Origin: Candidatus Hodarchaeota archaeon
Lineage (GTDB): Archaea > Asgardarchaeota > Heimdallarchaeia > Hodarchaeales > Hodarchaeaceae
NCBI GenBank assembly: GCA_016839815.1
Contig: JAEOTM010000041.1
Location: 32,001 to 96,000, forward strand
Reading direction: 5' to 3'
DNA length: 64,000 bases
The translations under genes and the position numbers were made by a program. Positions 49,754 through 58,522 of this stretch are shown here, in pieces; position 1 is the first letter of the stretch; every line of letters begins with the position of its first letter. The notes under the pieces are model-generated. The model did no database searches. It was not told where the DNA came from and saw only the letters and a program-made list of their open reading frames with translations.

Positions 49754-51910
49754 TTGGCAAAACTGAAGATAAATACACTAATTGGCTTAACTATTTTGAT
49801 AATCAGTATTTTTGGATATATAAACTTACAGATGGGTTTTAATATTGAAACTGTTAAAAATATTGGTGCTTTCCCAGTAGAAAGTTCACTTGAATCAAAT
49901 GATTTAGCTGTTGAAATAACCAAAAACTCATCTGCAATTGGTCCCAATTCGGTTATAGAATTCTCTATAAATTTAACTAATACTTTATCTGAATCCCTTT
50001 GGGACATTTCTGCGAATATAAGTGATATTTCTGAGGGTCTTTCACTTGTTCCATCAACTGAACCTTTATTCACTCTATCTTCTCTTGACCCTGACACTTC
50101 AACATCATTCCAGTTTATTACTAGTTTTTCGGGAGATGCTACCTCTAAACCTGTCGATTTAGTCTTAGCGATTGATGCCAGTAGTAGTATGGGAGAGGAA
50201 ATTAATACAGTAAAGACTGCACTAAATGATTTAATTACGACTCTTGTAACTGAAATCCCTCATCTAAGAATAGGTGTGATTGTTTTTGGATGGGGAGCTT
50301 ATGATCAGTATCCTACAGAAGATTCAAACAATTATTTACCACTCACCAATGACTTTGATGGTGTAAAGGCTATTATTAATTCTTTATACGCACAAGGAGG
50401 GATAGAACCCTGGGGTGATGCTCTGTACCTCGCTAGTACTTGGGATTGGAGAGAAGACGCCGCTAAACTGATAATATTAGTTGGTGACGAGGATTGTGAT
50501 CCAGGTATTTTTGTTGGCAATGAATTACTTGAATCTGATCCTAAGGGATATTATAATGGGTCAGATTTATTGAACATTGTCACCAATCTTAAAGATCAAG
50601 GGATCACGATCAGTACGGTCATCTGTGGAGGAGTATCAACACAAATGATTAATCAGTTTGAATGGGTTGCAGCATATACCGATGGAACATCAGTTTACCT
50701 TCCTGATTTAGAGATAGAAGGTATTGGTTTGCCTGAAATCATCGAGGAATGGACACTAGAGCTCGGGCGGGAATATAACCTCTACTTAAATTTAACTGTT
50801 GGTTGGGAAGACAATATGAATACCAGATACCATACATCCTACATCGAGAATTTTTGGCTTGATTTCTCTCCCCCATCGGTCATTATCTCAAAAACAATAA
50901 CTCCTACAGGAGTCGATTTATTCTCAGTTGAATTTTTTATCACTGTTGACGATATATCTCCTATCAGATCAGTTACTCTTTATCATGATGCCTCTGGGAT
51001 GTTAAAATCAGAAACATTGGCACCCATTGAGAATACTTCCTATTTTCTTTTCACTCTTCATGATGTTCAAGGAGGATTGAATATCTCATACTTTGTGAAA
51101 AGTTCAGATATTTTAAAAAATTCAGCATTTACGTCAGTGTATTGGGTTATTGTAGAGCCAAAATTTGATGAATTTGGTGAAGAAGTATCTTTTTGGGTCG
51201 AATCAAACAAAACAATTTATACAAATATAAAAATTGGGTCTACGGGTATTTATTATTTTGTTTTATCAGGTTCAACAGAAATATCTCAGATTGGTGTACA
51301 ATTAACAGCCCGAGTCACAAATACAACTGTTATTCCTATCCAAACCCAAGAAATAAATGTAAGTTCTTCATATAGTCATAAAATTTTCCAATTTAGTCTT
51401 GGATCAGGTGATCATGCGGTTACTCTGTCAATTCCGCAGAGTCTAGGAAACAGTTCATCATCCTACGTCTGGTTAAAACTTAAACACCCTCAGACAAACA
51501 GGTTTACTGGTTCAATGACAAATGCAATACGCGTTTATGGAATTGAGTGGGAAGCTACAAATGGATCATACTTCAGTTTTGATAATCAACCCGGTTCCCC
51601 TCTAGTATTGAAAGCAGAAGTTTACAGCAGTAATTGGGAGCTTGTATCTTCATTTATCGTTGGTGGAAGTTTTCAGGTCTCAAATAATGATACATATTAC
51701 CTTCTAGTTTGGGCAACTTTACGTGAAGGAGAATTCACCATTCAATTGACAGAGGAAGAGCCCGATACCACTTATGATCCTTATTATACTTACGAACCTA
51801 CTGAATATGCTGCTGATGGTGCGAATGCACCTTTCTACCTAGAAATCATCTTGTTTCTGACTATAATTGGTCTAATACGGATAAATGTCAAGAAGAAAAG
51901 AAAATCGTAG
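49754..51910 (+). CDS. Cell-surface vWA (MIDAS) protein with Ig-like domains and C-terminal TM anchor
   Basis: Signal peptide; PVDLVLAIDASSSM (DxSxS); LRIGVIVF; WREDAAKLIILVGD; beta-rich stalk; TM then KKKRKS. Confidence 0.88.
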   Translation: MAKLKINTLIGLTILIISIFGYINLQMGFNIETVKNIGAFPVESSLESNDLAVEITKNSSAIGPNSVIEFSINLTNTLSESLWDISANISDISEGLSLVPSTEPLFTLSSLDPDTSTSFQFITSFSGDATSKPVDLVLAIDASSSMGEEINTVKTALNDLITTLVTEIPHLRIGVIVFGWGAYDQYPTEDSNNYLPLTNDFDGVKAIINSLYAQGGIEPWGDALYLASTWDWREDAAKLIILVGDEDCDPGIFVGNELLESDPKGYYNGSDLLNIVTNLKDQGITISTVICGGVSTQMINQFEWVAAYTDGTSVYLPDLEIEGIGLPEIIEEWTLELGREYNLYLNLTVGWEDNMNTRYHTSYIENFWLDFSPPSVIISKTITPTGVDLFSVEFFITVDDISPIRSVTLYHDASGMLKSETLAPIENTSYFLFTLHDVQGGLNISYFVKSSDILKNSAFTSVYWVIVEPKFDEFGEEVSFWVESNKTIYTNIKIGSTGIYYFVLSGSTEISQIGVQLTARVTNTTVIPIQTQEINVSSSYSHKIFQFSLGSGDHAVTLSIPQSLGNSSSSYVWLKLKHPQTNRFTGSMTNAIRVYGIEWEATNGSYFSFDNQPGSPLVLKAEVYSSNWELVSSFIVGGSFQVSNNDTYYLLVWATLREGEFTIQLTEEEPDTTYDPYYTYEPTEYAADGANAPFYLEIILFLTIIGLIRINVKKKRKS

Positions 51911-51958
51911 TCTACGACCGAATCAAGAAAATTAACAAAATTAAAATCAGGTGTAAAG

Positions 51959-54298
51959 ATGAATACTGCTAAATTTTCTTCACTCTTCATCAATTTTCTA
52001 TTAATAGCCAATTTATTTCTATCTATACCAAGTAACAGGGCTGTAGTGTTAGAAGAAGCTGATTATTCTAAGAAAATATTACAGAAGGGATCACGAGCCA
52101 GTTCTGCTGGACAGTTTTTAATTGGGCACACATCGGAGGTTTGGGATGTAGAGTTTTCTCCCGATGGTCACCTCCTTGCCTCGGTCTCTTCAGATAATTC
52201 GATTATAATTTGGAATACTACAACAGGATCTATCCACCAGAATCTGACTGGGCATCAGGATTCCGTTTATACAGTCACTTTTCATCCCCATGATCCGATC
52301 ATTGCTTCAGGATCCTTTGATCGTTCAATACTTATCTGGAATTTAACTACAGGGGAAATAATGCAAAATCTTAGAGGCCATACTGCTTCTATTTGGTCTT
52401 TAGATTTCAGTCCTGACGGTACATATCTTGCATCAGGTTCTGGGGATTCAACTGTAAGAATCTGGGATTACAGGACATCAGAATCATTCTTTAATGCCAC
52501 AGGTCACACAGAAGCCGTACGATCAGTTCATTTTCTTCCTAATGGATTGTTAGCTTCTGGTTCATACGATAATAGTATTCTATTATGGAATTTGACGGGA
52601 AAAACGCTTGAAACCGTCCTATCGAATAATACCGATAATATTCTCACCCTTGCAGCAAATCCATCAGAGAATATTCTAGTTTCAGGATCCCAAGACAATC
52701 TAATGGAATTCTGGGATTTAACCCAGTTTGGAGTTAGAAGTCGTGCTGCAATCACAACCATTGATTGGATTAGGGGACTTGCATTTAGTCACAATGGTTA
52801 CTACCTTGCCTCGGGACTACAAAATGGAAATATCAGTATTTGGGAAGGAAAGTCAGGTTTTCATGTTAAAACACTAACAGGCCATGCTCAATCAGTGCGA
52901 GGAGTGGATTTCCATCCTACAAAACCGCTACTTGCCTCTGCATCGGGAGATCATACTGTTAGACTGTGGAACGTAACTGATTTAGACAATGATCAGGTGC
53001 CTGATTTTTGGGAACTTGAAAATGGATTAAGTCCCCAAGATGCAGATGATATGTCCAATGACCCCGATGATGATGGGTTGGTTAATATATTAGAGTATAA
53101 ATTTGGTACAAATCCTCATCTGGCCGATAGTGATCTGGATCAGATTTCAGATTATTATGAATTTATTTACGGTATGAATGGTAGCTTAGATGATGCTAAT
53201 GGAGATATCGACAATGATGGTATGTCCAATCTTTACGAATTTCAAAATAATCTAAACTCTGCGATAAATGATACTATGATGGATGCAGATAATGATGGAA
53301 TGCCGAATCTTTATGAGTATCTTAATGGGCTTGAAGCAGGAAAAGACGATGCAAACGATGATTTAGATAATGATGGATTACCAAATATCTTTGAATTCCG
53401 ATATGATTTTGTGATTGGCATCGATGATGGAGAAGATGATGCAGATTCTGACGGTTTAAGTAATAGAGAAGAATTTTTGCTGGGTACAAATCCAAGAGAT
53501 CCCGACAGTGATAACGATTTTTTCAATGATGGTTTAGAAAAGATGTTTGGAACTGACCCAAATAACTTCTTTTTAAATCCAATAACAATACTTTTTGGAA
53601 TAATATTAGTCATATCATGTATTTTACTTATTATTATCGGTCTTATCAAAAGCTACCCGAGAATAAAGGTAAAATCTTCTGAGATTAGTAAAGAAATCCA
53701 AGTAAGAACGAAAGATACCATTGAATATTTCCGGCCTAAACCACATCAGACATGGATTCGTGATTTACAAATGGGAAAAGCGATACACCTTGATTCACTT
53801 ACTTCAGAACTCGAAACAAGTAAAATTAAACTCCCCAAGGCCATTAAAGAGTCATTACGTCCACAAGATTTGATTAAACATTCACTTGTCCAACGATCAG
53901 ACATGATATTGTTACAGTCAATCCCACCAAAGGATGCTAATTGCCAAGTATGTATCGGAGAAATACATGATGAACAATATTTTCAATGTGAATCCTGCAA
54001 ACGATTTGTATGCATTTCTGATTATGTTGATTTAGTCACAGTTGACTCAAACAATTGCCCAAATTGTTCTGGGGGTTTAGTCATATTTCCTTTTAGTTGT
54101 AAGGGATGTGGGATAGATTACAGTTCAGTGATTGAGCTTTCAGGAAAATCGGGGTGTCCCATATGTGGCTACACACTAACCGATCAACAAAAACTTATAG
54201 ATAATGTAACAGCCGATATACAGCCATCTAAAATTTCAAAATCACTTCAAAGGGATAATATGCTTAAAAGAGAACAAGAAGATAAGAAAATAAAATAG
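51959..54298 (+). CDS. Single-pass protein: signal peptide, 7 WD40 repeats, 8 DxDxDG-type repeats, TM, cytoplasmic Cys-rich Zn-finger region
   Basis: Seven GH...WN/WD-type repeats, D-x-D-x-D-G..N..E repeats, ILFGIILVISCILLIIIGLI TM, five CxxC plus one CxxD. Confidence 0.9.
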   Translation: MNTAKFSSLFINFLLIANLFLSIPSNRAVVLEEADYSKKILQKGSRASSAGQFLIGHTSEVWDVEFSPDGHLLASVSSDNSIIIWNTTTGSIHQNLTGHQDSVYTVTFHPHDPIIASGSFDRSILIWNLTTGEIMQNLRGHTASIWSLDFSPDGTYLASGSGDSTVRIWDYRTSESFFNATGHTEAVRSVHFLPNGLLASGSYDNSILLWNLTGKTLETVLSNNTDNILTLAANPSENILVSGSQDNLMEFWDLTQFGVRSRAAITTIDWIRGLAFSHNGYYLASGLQNGNISIWEGKSGFHVKTLTGHAQSVRGVDFHPTKPLLASASGDHTVRLWNVTDLDNDQVPDFWELENGLSPQDADDMSNDPDDDGLVNILEYKFGTNPHLADSDLDQISDYYEFIYGMNGSLDDANGDIDNDGMSNLYEFQNNLNSAINDTMMDADNDGMPNLYEYLNGLEAGKDDANDDLDNDGLPNIFEFRYDFVIGIDDGEDDADSDGLSNREEFLLGTNPRDPDSDNDFFNDGLEKMFGTDPNNFFLNPITILFGIILVISCILLIIIGLIKSYPRIKVKSSEISKEIQVRTKDTIEYFRPKPHQTWIRDLQMGKAIHLDSLTSELETSKIKLPKAIKESLRPQDLIKHSLVQRSDMILLQSIPPKDANCQVCIGEIHDEQYFQCESCKRFVCISDYVDLVTVDSNNCPNCSGGLVIFPFSCKGCGIDYSSVIELSGKSGCPICGYTLTDQQKLIDNVTADIQPSKISKSLQRDNMLKREQEDKKIK
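52979..53570 (+). repeat. Eight Asp-rich Ca-binding (TSP3-like/DxDxDG) protein repeats of about 22-27 aa
   Basis: DLDNDQ, DPDDDG, DSDLDQ, DIDNDG, DADNDG, DLDNDG, DADSDG, DSDNDF. Confidence 0.85.
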
Positions 54299-54300
54299 GA

Positions 54301-55452
54301 TCAAGCGGTTAAAAAACCTATAAATCTATCTCCAATTTCCCTAGGTGTTAATGGAATCTTCCCAACTTCCGCATTAACTGGTTTAATAAAAATCTGAACC
54401 AATTGATATTCAGACATAGTAGAGATTACATCTATTAATTCTTCCTGATTACAACAGTTGATAATTTTGGATGATTGAAATCCGAATCCTTGTGCAACTA
54501 ACCCGAAATCAATCAATCCTGAGGTAAACAGGGTGGGTTGATTCCCAGTTGATCCATAACTCCCATTATTTAGACAAATCACGGTTAAATTCTTGGGGGA
54601 ATATGCGGAAATCATCGGTAGGATACCTGGACTCATTAACATACTTCCATCACCTTCCAATATGTAAATGTGTTTTTCAGGTTGATATCTAGCGAGTCCA
54701 ATCCCAATGGAGCTTACCTGTCCGAAACTACCAGTCATATAGAAGAAATTTGGTTGATCGTTTACATGAAATAATTCTCGTGAGGGAAAACCAATATTTG
54801 CTACAACTAGATCGTCTTTTTTCATATTCTCTGTAAGATCCTTGAGAACTTCTATTCGCACCATACTTGGATTGAAACATAATCCTTGTTGCTTTAATTC
54901 ACGGTGATTTGGTTCAGGTCTTAATACTGTAAAGAGTTTCTCAGAATGTAAATTCTGTGATTTTGTCCATACTCTGGGAGAACAAAGAAGTACAAGGACT
55001 TTTCGTTCTGCATAAACTTGGTGGATGTTCTTACTAATTGTTGAAATATCTGAATTCTCATCAATAATAAGAGTTTCAACTTTTAATGCGGCAAGAAGAT
55101 CCTGGATTGCTTCTCCAAAAATATTTTGGGCAGTAATAGGTTCATCGATAACTCCTCTCCAGCTGGCAATAATTAAGAGGGGTAACTGATATGTAAGGGT
55201 CAAGGACGCCAAAGTATTCAGGATATTTCCTATTCCTGTACTCTGAATTATCATTGCTGGTTTCTTTCCGGCCAAATATGCACCTGCAGCAATTCCTACT
55301 CCGTGTTCCTCTCGAGTAATTTCTAAGACGTCAAAATTCTCATTTTTTGAAAGTAGAGCTAAGATCGTTTGTAATCTAGCGCATGGGTTGGTCAAAAGAA
55401 CGCTAACGTTGTTTTCATGCAGGATCCCTAAAAGCTGTTCCTCGAAAATCAT
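54301..55452 (-). CDS. Fused sulfopyruvate decarboxylase alpha+beta (ComDE) / phosphonopyruvate decarboxylase family
   Basis: REEHGVGIAAGAYLAG, QSTGIGN, ANIGFPSREL, YMTGS, GDGS, NNGSYGSTGNQ. Confidence 0.85.
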   Translation of the reverse strand: MIFEEQLLGILHENNVSVLLTNPCARLQTILALLSKNENFDVLEITREEHGVGIAAGAYLAGKKPAMIIQSTGIGNILNTLASLTLTYQLPLLIIASWRGVIDEPITAQNIFGEAIQDLLAALKVETLIIDENSDISTISKNIHQVYAERKVLVLLCSPRVWTKSQNLHSEKLFTVLRPEPNHRELKQQGLCFNPSMVRIEVLKDLTENMKKDDLVVANIGFPSRELFHVNDQPNFFYMTGSFGQVSSIGIGLARYQPEKHIYILEGDGSMLMSPGILPMISAYSPKNLTVICLNNGSYGSTGNQPTLFTSGLIDFGLVAQGFGFQSSKIINCCNQEELIDVISTMSEYQLVQIFIKPVNAEVGKIPLTPREIGDRFIGFLTA

Positions 55453-55458
55453 CAGCGT

Positions 55459-56685
55459 TCACATGGTAAAAAACGGAGAAAAAGCAAGTAAAACATATAA
55501 TGCAGTTCCTTTCCATAATACTGCTTCATCTACATCAAATTTAGGATGATGATGAGGAGAAACTATTCCCTTTTCTTCGTTGTGGATACCTAGGGCAAGA
55601 AAAGCTCCCTTAGTCTTTTGAAGATAAAAAGCAAAATCTTCTCCACCCATAGATGGATCCATGGTCACATGATTTAGCTCAGTGTCTTTTAGGATCCCAA
55701 CAATCTCATCTATTGTATCAGCATCATTGATTAGAGGTGGATATGGAATCATATCATCTTCATTAAAGATAACTTCGCCTTCACATCTCCAGGCACGACA
55801 GTATCCCTTAACAATTTCCGGGATTCTTCTAAGGATGTGCTCTCTCACATCAGGATTCATTGTTCTAAACGTTCCTTTCAATTTCGCTTCACGCGGAATC
55901 ACGTTAAACGCGTCGCTTCCTTGCATAACTGGAGTGGTGATAATCACATTATCGAAAGGATCAATTTCGCGCGAGACGACCTTTTGTAAGGCATTATAGA
56001 TATCCACAAGAACAGCAGTTGGATCTATAGCTTGATGAGGAGACGCAGCATGTCCTCCTTTACCTGATATGATGACCGAGAATTCGTCAGCAGACGCGAG
56101 TATCCCTCCTTTTCGTAGTCCTATAAGTCCAGTTTCGAGTTCTTGCCATACATGGATTCCAAAGATTTTATCTACATCATCGAGATGTCCTTCATCGCAG
56201 ATAAGTTTACCCCCTCCTCCACCCTCTTCTGCGGGTTGAAAAAAAAGCTTAAGAGTGCCAGAAAGATGAGAACGATGCTTAAATATTAATCTAGCTGCTC
56301 CCAATAGCATAGCAGTGTGTGCATCATGACCACATGCATGCATCTTTCCAGGAATAGTACTTGCATACTCAACGGTATTTTCTTCTTTAAGGTTCAAAGC
56401 ATCAGTATCAGCACGAAGTACAATCGTTGGCCCGTCTAATTTATCACCCTTAAGTACTCCGATAACTCCCGTTCGAGCTGTCCTGACAGTTTGATACCCA
56501 ATTTTCTTCAACTCTTCCTCAATGAAATCACGTGTTTTCACTTCTTCAAAAGCAGTTTCTGGATATTGATGGAAGTGTCTACGTGTTTTAATAATATAAG
56601 CTTCAATTTCCTTTGATTCCTCAAAGATCCTTTTTTTCAATTCACTAGAATCCAACTTTGCATCACTTATTTCTTTTTTAATCAA
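55459..56685 (-). CDS. M20D amidohydrolase/carboxypeptidase
   Basis: RRHFHQYPE, LRADTDAL, MHACGHDAH, QPAEE, GGEDF, HHPKFDVDE. Confidence 0.95.
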   Translation of the reverse strand: MIKKEISDAKLDSSELKKRIFEESKEIEAYIIKTRRHFHQYPETAFEEVKTRDFIEEELKKIGYQTVRTARTGVIGVLKGDKLDGPTIVLRADTDALNLKEENTVEYASTIPGKMHACGHDAHTAMLLGAARLIFKHRSHLSGTLKLFFQPAEEGGGGGKLICDEGHLDDVDKIFGIHVWQELETGLIGLRKGGILASADEFSVIISGKGGHAASPHQAIDPTAVLVDIYNALQKVVSREIDPFDNVIITTPVMQGSDAFNVIPREAKLKGTFRTMNPDVREHILRRIPEIVKGYCRAWRCEGEVIFNEDDMIPYPPLINDADTIDEIVGILKDTELNHVTMDPSMGGEDFAFYLQKTKGAFLALGIHNEEKGIVSPHHHPKFDVDEAVLWKGTALYVLLAFSPFFTM

Positions 56686-56816
56686 CAGAAAGTTTATATC
56701 AAACCAAATTCTGCTCTGTTATAAAACTCATTTTCATATGGTAAGATAATGAGATTCGCTATTCAATCAGATTTAAAAGAAAACTGTAGGTTATCTTATC
56801 TGGGCAATTATTCAAT

Positions 56817-57212
56817 TTGTTTTTGGAGTTTAATTTGTTGAAAGTACGCGGTTTTTGTCCTTTTCGGGTTGAAATACCGGACCATCTTCCAGGCTGCGTA
56901 TTACAAAAAGGTACTGAATCACAGTGCTATTCCACTGATGAACGGCCCTTAGTGCACCGCGATACGAGCTATTATTGCCCCCTTCTCCCACAAGTGTTAA
57001 TCTCAGTAGAACTGTTTAAGGATTTTGAACAGCTCGTAGATTATATCTTTACGATTCAAGATAGAGAAAACACGACGATTAATATTTGGCCAATGCTTAC
57101 AGGAATTGCTAATTCAAAAAATAAAGCAAAAACTCCAAAAGGAATAGCCATGGAAAAATTAAGTATTAAGGTGAGGGAAGAATTAAATGAAATTATCTTT
57201 GAGATGGATTGA
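56817..57212 (+). CDS. Unknown four-Cys small protein, paralogue A (upstream of the actin pair)
   Basis: Clear paralogy with 60005..60391 (RGFCPFRVE, GCVL, CYS.D.RPL, YYCPL, INIWPML.G); start may be TTG 56835 or 56838. Confidence 0.85.
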   Translation: MFLEFNLLKVRGFCPFRVEIPDHLPGCVLQKGTESQCYSTDERPLVHRDTSYYCPLLPQVLISVELFKDFEQLVDYIFTIQDRENTTINIWPMLTGIANSKNKAKTPKGIAMEKLSIKVREELNEIIFEMD

Positions 57213-57299
57213 GCACATCTTCTCACCTTTGCTTACATAATCTTCCTTTTGGGTAGGTTTTTTTACAATTCTCTATTATGAAGATGAAGGTATGTTAGG

Positions 57300-58469
57300 A
57301 TGGATTTGAAAACTCTAGTGATGGAATTTGGTACAAATGAGATACGAATTGGGTTTGTAGACGATCAACAACCTCAGATAGTGATACCAGCACTTATTGA
57401 GTCAACAAAAAGTATTGATTTTTGCCGAAACGAAGCTACAATAGACAAATGGAACTTTCAACTCAAATATCCTGTAATAGCGCGAAATATTGTACACTGG
57501 GATTCACTAGCTGAAATTTTAACACGGGTTTTTGAAGATGAGCTTAATTTAAAGGTTGAAAACTGCCGCATTCTTCTTATCTGGCCATTTTTTATTCAAG
57601 TCGATTATTTCGATATTCTGGCAAAGTTATTCTTTGAGAAAATGAAAGTTGCTGGTTTAATTGTGATATATGGAGAAATTCTAGCATTATATTATTTAAA
57701 CCACCCCACAGGAGTAGTTATAGATATAGGGGAAGGATACACGAGTGTTGTACCAATTGTGAATAGACACGCAATTGAACATGCATACAGAAGGAGTGAC
57801 ATCTCTGGACGGAAGATAACTTCTTCAATGCAAAGGTTACTCAATCAAAAATATAGAGATATCCCCTTGAGTCTGAAGATTGTCCAAGAGATCAAAGAGA
57901 AATATTGTTATATCGCAGAGGATTATCTGAAAGAGACAATGCTGGTAGAGAAGCTTGAAACGAAATTTGTAAGGAATCACAGACTGGATACTGACCGAAC
58001 CATTTCTCTCCTCACAGAGCGATTCATGACACTTGAGTGCATTTTTACCCCTAGTTTAATCGGCCTTTCAGAATTGGGACTCCACGCGACACTCGTTCTA
58101 TCGATCAATGCCTGTCCAACAGAAATCCAATCAACAATATCTAGTAACATTTTCTTAATAGGAGGGACTTCTCAAGTACCTGGTTTATCCCAACGACTCC
58201 ACACAGAACTTATTGGAAATCCAATCACTGTACCTAAAAAGGGAGGGGAGACTAAACAATACCAAATCCCTACTGACATCGAACTAAATATTACTATTCC
58301 TCCAAAACCTTCACTTTCAACATGGCTTGGTGGAGCTAAATTGGGTAGACTGGTAACATCAACTAAAACTCACAAGATTTGGATAACAAAAGAAGACTAC
58401 CGACATGAAGGAATTAAGGTTTTTGAGAAAAATCTGTCTAATGTCTTCCAGCTAATTGCAGAGGAATAG
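57300..58469 (+). CDS. Divergent actin-family protein 1 (Asgard actin-related)
   Basis: LKYP, TGVVIDIGEG, VVPI, IKEKYCY, ERF, SINAC, NIFLIGGTS..PGL..RL, TWLGG, WITKEDY. Confidence 0.92.
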   Translation: MDLKTLVMEFGTNEIRIGFVDDQQPQIVIPALIESTKSIDFCRNEATIDKWNFQLKYPVIARNIVHWDSLAEILTRVFEDELNLKVENCRILLIWPFFIQVDYFDILAKLFFEKMKVAGLIVIYGEILALYYLNHPTGVVIDIGEGYTSVVPIVNRHAIEHAYRRSDISGRKITSSMQRLLNQKYRDIPLSLKIVQEIKEKYCYIAEDYLKETMLVEKLETKFVRNHRLDTDRTISLLTERFMTLECIFTPSLIGLSELGLHATLVLSINACPTEIQSTISSNIFLIGGTSQVPGLSQRLHTELIGNPITVPKKGGETKQYQIPTDIELNITIPPKPSLSTWLGGAKLGRLVTSTKTHKIWITKEDYRHEGIKVFEKNLSNVFQLIAEE

Positions 58470-58522
58470 AATAACAAAGTGAAAGGATAATTAGAAAATG
58501 ACTAAACTCCCCTGAAAAAAGA

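Noticed and set aside
52979-53570. Periodic gat/aat-rich DNA that could suggest a CRISPR array or satellite
   Set aside because: The periodicity comes from in-frame DxDxDG protein repeats. There are no identical DNA repeats with unique spacers and no cas genes.
51959-54298. Calling the propeller protein an integrin alpha orthologue
   Set aside because: The blades are WD40, not FG-GAP. There are no thigh/calf Ig domains and no GFFKR motif, so this is an analogy at most.
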